Positions 55,023-62,972 of a DNA stretch of 64,000 bases are shown here, one piece after another. Position 1 is the first letter of the stretch, and the number at the start of each line of letters is the position of its first letter. The stretch comes from Candidatus Dojkabacteria bacterium (GTDB lineage Bacteria > Patescibacteriota > Dojkabacteria > SC72). A program made the position numbers and the translations under genes. The notes beneath the pieces were generated by a model. That model was not told the origin of the DNA. It made no database searches and saw only the letters and a list, made by a program, of their open reading frames with translations. Location of the stretch: NCBI GenBank assembly GCA_034002865.1, contig JAVEZR010000001.1, forward strand, positions 53,247-117,246, written 5' to 3'.

Positions 55023-57632
55023 ATGGCTAAGAAGTCTAAAACAGAAAACTTTGATGCTTTAGGTAGTGTATTTGATTTTCTCTTTACTGAGGCTAAGAAA
55101 CCACCAGATAAAAGGAAACCAATTAAACCTACAGGAGTAGCTGGAGATAGCGCACTTACTGACGCTTTGTTTTCATCTTTAGAGATGCCAGGAGCATTTG
55201 TAACAGATACCATTGTAGACGAATTTAACGGGGCAATAGATATTGAGTTGGGAAGGGTGAAATATGGAGAATACGGTAATGTAAAATTCACGACGACATC
55301 TTTAATTGATCTTTTGAAAGACCCTGAGAAAGCTTTCCAAAAAGCTGTTACTACTCAGAAGGCAATCCGAAAATCTCAGAGAGCGATGTTTCTTGGTGCT
55401 GCAATGGAAGATTTGGTTACCTCTGCATGGGCGCATAAGTACGGTAACCTCGAGGCAAGAGCTGCTATCTATGGTGCGTCCGTAGCTAATAGAGCAGAAA
55501 GTTACAAAATTGAAAGAGCTCTTGGGCAGTTTGGTGCATCACACAAGGAAGATGGAGTATCAAAGTTACAAGGTACTGGAGCTCCTGGGCGTTTCTCTCC
55601 AAAAGATTTAAACTTCATGGCCGATAGGTCAACTGATTTACTAGGCAGTAAGACGTTCGGTAGCAATTGGAATACATTGAGTGACTCGGATAAAGCGGAG
55701 TTTGCGAGCCAAGTAAGTGGAAAGAAAACTTCTGAGATACAGACATACTTAGCAAAGAAATATGGAACTACTATTCCAAGTGCAGCTACTAATTTTGGAG
55801 CAGCCGTTGGAAGTACAGAGAACGTAGATATCTTTAACGGTGCACTGTATAAGAAATTAGAAGGTGCTAATTTGCAAGATAAAATTGCGGATCCCTCAAC
55901 ATCTTCTGAAGAAAGAGAGATATACAAAAAAACATACTACTTATTACAAAGGGACAAAGTAACTCTTAATACTGCAATAAAGGATATTAAGGATAGATTA
56001 AAGAGAGCTACGTCTTCAGTAGATAAGGCAGTATTAGAGAAGGAGTTAAAAGAGACTAGAAATGTTCTAAGGATTGTACAAGGGCATGGTGTTTTCGGAA
56101 GAATTGGTCAAATTGAAGGATATTATAACTCTCTAAACAATATTTATGGAGGAGTATTAGGTTCTAATTTCGCTGCTAGTGTGTTAAATGGAAAACTTTA
56201 TGATAAAAACCAAAATTCCTTATTCTTACCTGTAAGTGAGGCTAAGGTAGGTGGCGTGGATATCTTAGTTGCAAAGGATAGTCCTTACAAGTTACTAGGT
56301 AAGTATAACCAAGTCATGACCGATATATACTATCTTACACCTAGATCATTGGCTCGTAATTTCTATAATGGCGAAGGTTTTGCATACCTTTTACATAAGA
56401 AATTGATAAATATAACTAAGCTTCCTGCTTTTTCAAAACTTTCTAGCTTAGGAATAGATAAAAAAACATTATTAGAAGGATTTAATAGTAAAGACATAGA
56501 TACTTTTATTAATGATTTATTGAAAAAATCTTCAGGTATATTGAATGCTAAAGAGTTAGAAAAACTTGAAAAGTTTCTACAGTCATCAAAAACTCTTAAA
56601 AAATTAGCTCATAGATTTAGTTTTGTCTCTAGAGTTCAAGAATCTTTGAATAAGGCACTTGGAGAGCAACTAAAGAAATTCCGTACTGAGATTAAAGATT
56701 GGATATTGAAAAATCCTAAGGTTCTCGCTTGGTTTACAAAAGTAGGTGCCGATAAGTTACTAAAACAGTGGGCTCTTAAAGGAGGAATCGATGTTTTAAT
56801 AAAATCTCTTCTAAGTGCAATAGCCAGTGCATTAGGACTAAGTATGGGCCCTGTAGTTAGTGCTATTGTAGGAGGATTAACGATGATTGTATCAGGTGTT
56901 GTAATGAAAGTACTAGGCGTTGGATTGAATATGCTGAAGTGGGCTGCAATAGGTGCATTCGCTATCCTACTTATTATCCCTACATTAGGTTACGGTTCTT
57001 TAATTAGTTATAATCAAAAGAATTTATCATATAAGTTGGAAACCCCAGGATCAATAATTCAATGCACAGTATATCAAGAAACAGAGCTTGAAGAGGGAGA
57101 TACCCCTTGGGGAGACACAATTATACCTCCTCCATCTGGAGAAAGCTGTATATTTGGAGCAGGAAGCTTTGGATGTTCACAAGGATACAATGATGTAGAT
57201 GGCTGGACCCATCAGAGAACCTCACATCTAATGCCTGTAGACTTAACATCCGTAGGATATATATATGCTCCTCAATTTTGTAGTACAGGGAATTGTAGTA
57301 TTACAAGAATTGCAATGATTAACTGTAGTGATGGATCTAATGCTGGAGGTATAGTTGAATTAACTGCTACAAGTGGAGGTACTACTTACTTCTTTAAACT
57401 ACTACATGTAAAACCTTTGGCAGGATTAGGTGAGAAGCTCTCAGGAGGGCAGGCTGTTGCAGTAGTTCAAGAATCTCCAGAGGTAGAGAAAGGATGGTGT
57501 TGGACAGGTAAGCATTTACACTTAGAAACAAGACAGAATGGTGCAGTAGTAGATCCTTTGGAATTACTACAAAGTTTTAGCTGTGGAGTACCTGATGAGT
57601 CCAGTTGTAGTAGGCCAAAACCTAAGTTATAA
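55023..57632 (+). CDS. Large membrane protein with a C-terminal Cys-rich M23 peptidase-like domain
   Basis: Helical N-region of about 590 aa, hydrophobic stretch at about 590-660, then HLMPVD, LLHV, TGKHLHLE, VDP motifs. Confidence 0.72.
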   Translation: MAKKSKTENFDALGSVFDFLFTEAKKPPDKRKPIKPTGVAGDSALTDALFSSLEMPGAFVTDTIVDEFNGAIDIELGRVKYGEYGNVKFTTTSLIDLLKDPEKAFQKAVTTQKAIRKSQRAMFLGAAMEDLVTSAWAHKYGNLEARAAIYGASVANRAESYKIERALGQFGASHKEDGVSKLQGTGAPGRFSPKDLNFMADRSTDLLGSKTFGSNWNTLSDSDKAEFASQVSGKKTSEIQTYLAKKYGTTIPSAATNFGAAVGSTENVDIFNGALYKKLEGANLQDKIADPSTSSEEREIYKKTYYLLQRDKVTLNTAIKDIKDRLKRATSSVDKAVLEKELKETRNVLRIVQGHGVFGRIGQIEGYYNSLNNIYGGVLGSNFAASVLNGKLYDKNQNSLFLPVSEAKVGGVDILVAKDSPYKLLGKYNQVMTDIYYLTPRSLARNFYNGEGFAYLLHKKLINITKLPAFSKLSSLGIDKKTLLEGFNSKDIDTFINDLLKKSSGILNAKELEKLEKFLQSSKTLKKLAHRFSFVSRVQESLNKALGEQLKKFRTEIKDWILKNPKVLAWFTKVGADKLLKQWALKGGIDVLIKSLLSAIASALGLSMGPVVSAIVGGLTMIVSGVVMKVLGVGLNMLKWAAIGAFAILLIIPTLGYGSLISYNQKNLSYKLETPGSIIQCTVYQETELEEGDTPWGDTIIPPPSGESCIFGAGSFGCSQGYNDVDGWTHQRTSHLMPVDLTSVGYIYAPQFCSTGNCSITRIAMINCSDGSNAGGIVELTATSGGTTYFFKLLHVKPLAGLGEKLSGGQAVAVVQESPEVEKGWCWTGKHLHLETRQNGAVVDPLELLQSFSCGVPDESSCSRPKPKL

Positions 57633-57644
57633 AACTAAGATATA

Positions 57645-58616
57645 ATGAAAATACAGGGAAGTAGAAAGAATGCCTTCTATATTCTAATAGCCTTTATAAT
57701 TATCATCTCAGTAGTACTTCTAATAGTGCTAAACTCCCTTTATGCTAAACAGTATCCAGAGGAACCAATTAAGATGAAGAACCTTGGTAAAAGTACTCAA
57801 ACAATTGATATATCTTCCTTAAGTAAAAAGATTGAACAGGAAGATATCCCTGTATATTTTGTACACCCAAGATTACATATCTCAAATGTAGAGGAGATGA
57901 TTGATAAAATGGGTTTGTCATTAAAAAGAGAAGATATAGTTAAAGATAGCTATATCCAATGGAGTGATGGGGAAAATAGCTTCACATATGACTCTGTACA
58001 AGACACAGTATCGTTTCAATTAACAAGAAGGATATCATTAGAAAGAGGGGTAGAAGCTTTTAAGAATGTATTTCAAAAGTACCTAGGTATCCAACACGAT
58101 TATGTTTTAATTAAAGAGAGAAAGAACAACGATGGAGGAGTAACTTACTACGCTTCTCGTACCTTAGATGGTATTCCTGTTCAGTTTGGTGCTAACTATG
58201 AATACTCTGAGATTTTAAAATTTAACAAGGAGGGAGTTTTAGAATCAGGACAGTTACTATTAGCAGAGTTTGAGAAGTATGATCTATATGTTCCAACCAT
58301 TACCAATGATGAGTTAAAAGCGTATATAAATGCAAAAGATTATCCTAAAGAGCACTATATAGATAGCTCTGTATTAACAGAGACATTAGATCTTAACTAT
58401 CTTGATGAAGCCTGGGGAGAAATAGAGGGCACATTGGAGGAGTGTAAGGCTCAAGATTTTGAAAATATCTTTCTTTACAAAAATAGTAATCAAGGATACC
58501 TTTTACCCGTAGTAAAGATATCTGCTAATTGTAATGTTACTAGTAAAGCCACTGTATATACCGTACCCGTAACTTTCTATGTTAATGGAGTTAGCCCCGA
58601 TTATGTGACTTTGTAA
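57645..58616 (+). CDS. N-terminally anchored hypothetical protein (YycI/YcdB-like fold possible)
   Basis: Single TM; 'RTLDGIPV' and 'GYLLPV' resemble YycH/I-type domains. Confidence 0.55.
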   Translation: MKIQGSRKNAFYILIAFIIIISVVLLIVLNSLYAKQYPEEPIKMKNLGKSTQTIDISSLSKKIEQEDIPVYFVHPRLHISNVEEMIDKMGLSLKREDIVKDSYIQWSDGENSFTYDSVQDTVSFQLTRRISLERGVEAFKNVFQKYLGIQHDYVLIKERKNNDGGVTYYASRTLDGIPVQFGANYEYSEILKFNKEGVLESGQLLLAEFEKYDLYVPTITNDELKAYINAKDYPKEHYIDSSVLTETLDLNYLDEAWGEIEGTLEECKAQDFENIFLYKNSNQGYLLPVVKISANCNVTSKATVYTVPVTFYVNGVSPDYVTL

Positions 58617-58626
58617 GCATCTTTTG

Positions 58627-58641
58627 TGGTACAATATTGAA
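58627..58641 (+). promoter_or_regulatory. Extended -10 leaderless promoter
   Basis: TGgTACAAT-attgaa-ATG (58642). Confidence 0.65.
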
Positions 58642-59829
58642 ATGAAAATATTCAGATTATTTACAATTCTCTTTGTTACACAACTCTTCTTCTTACTTCT
58701 TGGTAGTACTACTTACGCTATGGATATTACTACCAGAGAAGATCTTAAATTAGATAGTACTCTCTCAGAAGAGGAGTCACTCTTTACACAACCTCAGAAG
58801 ATATATATTACTCAGGTAAAAAGTTTAAACAAAGAGCTTAAGAATGATAGTCGTGCATGGGTAAGGTCAATATATTACTACAGTATTACAAGGTTAAAAT
58901 TAAATGATATACCTTACAACTATCTTGTAGATAGTAGTGGAAATGTATTTGAAGGAACAAGGGGTGGAGCTGGAGCAAATCCAGGCCTACAGGGAGGAGA
59001 TAACGTTGTACTTATAGGGATACTAGATAGTGATTCAACATTAACACCTAGAGCTCAAAGCTCCCTTGTAGAGTTAGTTGAAACTCTTTCATATAAGTAT
59101 GGGATAAAGGAAGGCTCTTGGGATTTTGTAGATTTACAGATTGCTATGAATGAGGGAGAGAGATCATATCTTACATATACGTCATCTAGTAGCTCTGTAT
59201 CGCAAACTATAACCCAAACAATGTCTTCTGTACGTTGGTCAGCAGAGGAGCATTTAGAGTACAAGGCAAGTATAGTAGATGTTGAATATCCAAAAGAGAT
59301 AGAGGTAGGTAAGCAGTTACCAGTGAAGGTTACAATTAAAAATGAGAATGATTTTACTTGGTTTAGTGATACTAAGTATATCTATATCTCTACTGCAGAT
59401 TCCTCTGAGAGTCCATATGCTATTAACTCTGCATGGGAGAGTTTTAGTAGGCCTACATATATTAAAGAGAAATATGTAAAACCTGGAGATAGTGTAGAGG
59501 TACAGTTTAATATGCTAGGTAAGAGCAAACCTGGGGAGTATAAAGAGGAGTTTATTTTTGTTAAGGATAGTGCTTCCCAATTTAAAGATTCAAACTTTGA
59601 AGTAACTTTTAATATCATTGCTGGAGAGTATAAGCTTGTAGAAGTAGTATCTCCACAGTATGGATTTGTAAATATTCGTGAATGTAGATGGTATAGCTGT
59701 GCAAAGATAGAGGTAGCAAATGATGGAGACGTCTTTATTATGAACAAGAAAGAGGAGGGATGGTATGAAATTTACTACAACGAAGGGAATTTAGGTTGGG
59801 TATCCCAAACCTATATGAAAGAGCTATAG
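58642..59829 (+). CDS. Secreted PGRP/Amidase_2-like, NBR1-type Ig and SH3 domain protein, apparently non-catalytic
   Basis: Signal peptide; DIPYNYLVDSSGNVFEG; VTIKN…FTW…VKPG…PGEY (NBR1-Ig-like); VNIR…GWYEI…GWVS (SH3b). Confidence 0.75.
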   Translation: MKIFRLFTILFVTQLFFLLLGSTTYAMDITTREDLKLDSTLSEEESLFTQPQKIYITQVKSLNKELKNDSRAWVRSIYYYSITRLKLNDIPYNYLVDSSGNVFEGTRGGAGANPGLQGGDNVVLIGILDSDSTLTPRAQSSLVELVETLSYKYGIKEGSWDFVDLQIAMNEGERSYLTYTSSSSSVSQTITQTMSSVRWSAEEHLEYKASIVDVEYPKEIEVGKQLPVKVTIKNENDFTWFSDTKYIYISTADSSESPYAINSAWESFSRPTYIKEKYVKPGDSVEVQFNMLGKSKPGEYKEEFIFVKDSASQFKDSNFEVTFNIIAGEYKLVEVVSPQYGFVNIRECRWYSCAKIEVANDGDVFIMNKKEEGWYEIYYNEGNLGWVSQTYMKEL

Positions 59830-59914
59830 CTTATAGCAAAATTTCTTCTGATATCTTTATCTTATAACCCTGTTTTACTATCTATTACTAATCAATTTAA
59901 ATATAATCAATCAC

Positions 59915-61924
59915 GTGGCACCTCAAGATATAATTCTCGGAAAACTAAATCCACAGCAAAGAATTGCAGTGGAAACAACAGAGGGACCTTTGCTCGTATT
60001 CGCAGGGGCTGGATCAGGTAAAACAAGAGTTATTACCAACAGAATAGCCTACCTAATTACAGAGAAAAAGGTTTCTCCCGAGAACATCCTGGCAGTAACA
60101 TTCACTAAAAAAGCAGCAGGAGAAATGCAAGAAAGGGTAGTAGGACTTCTTAAGGAGTTAAATGTCAATGCAAAGAAACCTCCACTTATTGGAACTTTCC
60201 ATTCAATAGGTGCACTCTTCCTTAGGGAGAATTCTAAAGAGGTAGGATTAACTCCCAACTTCTCTATCTATGACAGTGCAGATTCTGAGAACTTAGTAAA
60301 AGATATACTTGTTGAACAGGGTATTGATATAAAACAGATTAGGCCTAAGGCTATCTCTTACTTCATATCCTCTGCAAAGAATGAAATGGTTTCCCCTGAG
60401 AACTTTAGAAATCACTACGGTGGCTTTATAGAGGATATTGTTGCAGATATATATCCTTTGTATCAAAAACAGCTATTAGCACAAAATTCTGTTGATTTTG
60501 GAGATCTCCTATATCTAGCAGTGAAACTACTTTCAGAGAAGAAAGATGTTCTTTCTAGATATCAAGAGTATTACAGATATATGATGATTGATGAGTATCA
60601 AGATACTAACAATGCACAGTATATGTTTGCCAAATTACTCTCTGAGAAGTATAAAAATATATGTGTAGTAGGTGATGATGATCAGGGTATATATGCATGG
60701 AGAGGTGCTGATATTAAAAATATTCAATCTTTTGAAAAAGATTTTGAGAATGTAAAAACAGTTAAGTTGGAACAGAATTATAGATCTAGTGCTAATGTAA
60801 TAGATGCTGCTACTGCTGTTATTAAACAGAATTACTCTAGAGTAGAGAAGGCCCTTTGGACAGAGAAAGAGTCAGGAGAGAGTATTACTGTATATCAATC
60901 ATTAGATCAAGATGATGAAGCTCAGTATGTGATGGATGAGATAGAGAATCTGAAGAGAAAGGGAGAAAAGCTCTCTAATATGGCAGTACTGTATCGAACT
61001 AACTATCAATCTCGTGTAATTGAGGAGGCTCTCTTAAAGAGAGGTTTGCCTTATAAATTGGTAGGAGGTTTTAGATTCTATGAGAGAAAAGAGGTAAAAG
61101 ATATTCTTAGCTATATGAGGTTTATACATAATATTAAAGATGAGTTAAGCCTTTCAAGAATATTAAATACACCTACAAGGAAAGTAGGTCCTAAGTCAGT
61201 GGCAACACTGCATGAAATTGCAAAATCATGTGAATGCTCTGTAGGAGAATTACTGGTAGCCACATATGAGATTGAGAATAGTATAGAGAGAAGATTAAAA
61301 ATATCCCCTCAGAGATATTCTAAAATAGAGGAAAAGATCTCTTTAATGGGTAAGTATACAAACTTAGTAAATATCTTTGGGGAAATATATACTGACTCAC
61401 AAGGGGAAGATGCTCTTACTGTAATAGACATTATTCTAAGAAAAATTAAGTATATACAGTGGATGGATGATGGTTCAGAGGCTGCAGAGTACAAGAAAGA
61501 GAATATAGAGGAGCTAAAGAATGTTGCCAGCAGTTATGCCCAGAAACATGGAGATAAATCTTTAGACGTACTCTTACAAGAGATAAATCTTTTAGAACAG
61601 GAACAGGATAAAAATCAAGATGGTAGTGGTAACTATGTTAACCTTATGACTTTACACTCTTCTAAAGGTTTAGAATTTGAAAATGTCTTCATTATTGGTA
61701 TGGAGGAAGGGATACTTCCACACTCTAGATCTTTCACTGATGAAGATGGCTTGGAAGAGGAAAGAAGGCTTTGCTATGTAGGTATTACAAGAGCAAGAGA
61801 GAAGCTGTATTTAACATTCGCAGATAAAAGGCAGGGAAGAGAAGGATATAATACTCAGATACCATCTAGATTCTTAGGAGAGATACCTCAAGATATTTGT
61901 GAATATTACAGTTGGCAAACTTAG
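59915..61924 (+). CDS. pcrA: UvrD/PcrA ATP-dependent DNA helicase
   Basis: AGAGSGKT, TFTKKAA, DEYQD, VGDDDQ, LEQNYRS, LYRTN, MTLHSSKGLEF, EEERRLCYVGITRA; GTG start 7 nt after TATAAT. Confidence 0.96.
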   Translation: MAPQDIILGKLNPQQRIAVETTEGPLLVFAGAGSGKTRVITNRIAYLITEKKVSPENILAVTFTKKAAGEMQERVVGLLKELNVNAKKPPLIGTFHSIGALFLRENSKEVGLTPNFSIYDSADSENLVKDILVEQGIDIKQIRPKAISYFISSAKNEMVSPENFRNHYGGFIEDIVADIYPLYQKQLLAQNSVDFGDLLYLAVKLLSEKKDVLSRYQEYYRYMMIDEYQDTNNAQYMFAKLLSEKYKNICVVGDDDQGIYAWRGADIKNIQSFEKDFENVKTVKLEQNYRSSANVIDAATAVIKQNYSRVEKALWTEKESGESITVYQSLDQDDEAQYVMDEIENLKRKGEKLSNMAVLYRTNYQSRVIEEALLKRGLPYKLVGGFRFYERKEVKDILSYMRFIHNIKDELSLSRILNTPTRKVGPKSVATLHEIAKSCECSVGELLVATYEIENSIERRLKISPQRYSKIEEKISLMGKYTNLVNIFGEIYTDSQGEDALTVIDIILRKIKYIQWMDDGSEAAEYKKENIEELKNVASSYAQKHGDKSLDVLLQEINLLEQEQDKNQDGSGNYVNLMTLHSSKGLEFENVFIIGMEEGILPHSRSFTDEDGLEEERRLCYVGITRAREKLYLTFADKRQGREGYNTQIPSRFLGEIPQDICEYYSWQT

Positions 61925-62868
61925 TTAATACCGTATGTTCTAACATATTTAGCATGACATGCAGGCCATTGGCTTCTTCTAGTAGATTCTCCAGCTCTAT
62001 ATTTAAAAATAGTGTTCCTTATCTGTGCATGACCATCAAAGATATTCTCTGAGAACTGTTTACGCCATGTAGTAGGACTCCATTGGAAAAGACCTTTGTA
62101 AGTACCTTTATTTGACTCTGCATTACATCCTGATTCACAGTACATTATAGATTTTAACCATCTTCTCTCTTCCTCGTTATACGGTCCTGAATCTACAACT
62201 GAGTACCAGTAATCACAGTTATACCCCTTAGGATCAATTCCTGCTAATGAGTAAAGTGATGTTCCTACCTCTAACACTTTGGTGACAGGCTCTTTAGCTA
62301 TACTCTCTGAAAGCAATGTACTTTCTACTAATTTACCATCCTCATAGTAGGTAAGCACTCTCTCCTTTTTAATACCTAATACTCCCTCCTGTGTAATATA
62401 CTCTTCACCTTTAAGGTACTTGTCTGTTTTAATTACATTCACATCAAATGGTATATCAGAAACAATCTCTTCAATTACAGATTCTGTTTTAATAACTCTA
62501 ACTAAGCTACCATTTGTAACATATTCAGAGCTTAGAATAATCCTATACTCTCCATCTAGGTATATCTTGTACTGATCTAATATCTTGTAAATATCTGTTT
62601 CTACAGTAAAGATTTTGTATACATACTCTCCCTTCTTAATATGAAGTAACTTTGGTCTTCTAGAGCTTCTTTCTAATTCACTATCTGTACCATATACTAT
62701 CTCCTTTATATCAATATCTTGTGAGTCAGTAGAACTACTTTGTGCTAACACAAGATTGTTATGAGAGTTATATGAAAAGAAAAGAATTAAAAGGAAGGTA
62801 ACAACTAGAGCAATTGTAAATCCTTTATATCTAATAGAAGGTCGTCGATTTGTACTGTTTGTATACAT
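61921..62868 (-). CDS. RpfB-like protein: G5 domain and Rpf/lysozyme-like transglycosylase domain
   Basis: G5 (IPF…QEGVLG…YYEDGK…EPVTKVLEVGT); catalytic CESG, GLFQW…TW, QWPAC. Confidence 0.82.
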   Translation of the reverse strand: MYTNSTNRRPSIRYKGFTIALVVTFLLILFFSYNSHNNLVLAQSSSTDSQDIDIKEIVYGTDSELERSSRRPKLLHIKKGEYVYKIFTVETDIYKILDQYKIYLDGEYRIILSSEYVTNGSLVRVIKTESVIEEIVSDIPFDVNVIKTDKYLKGEEYITQEGVLGIKKERVLTYYEDGKLVESTLLSESIAKEPVTKVLEVGTSLYSLAGIDPKGYNCDYWYSVVDSGPYNEEERRWLKSIMYCESGCNAESNKGTYKGLFQWSPTTWRKQFSENIFDGHAQIRNTIFKYRAGESTRRSQWPACHAKYVRTYGIN

Positions 62869-62972
62869 GTTTTTAATATTTTCCTCTGCTTGTCAATTAG
62901 AGGTTACAGGAAAGTATAGCATGATTGATAAAACATGTGTAAAATGAAAATATATAGTTTAATGTAATAGAA

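Noticed and set aside
190-61494. Many short antisense or alternate-frame ORFs in the track (e.g. 190-588, 4401-4943, 38804-39352, 50882-51298)
   Set aside because: They overlap well-supported genes, have Ser/Ile/Phe-rich shadow composition and show no motifs
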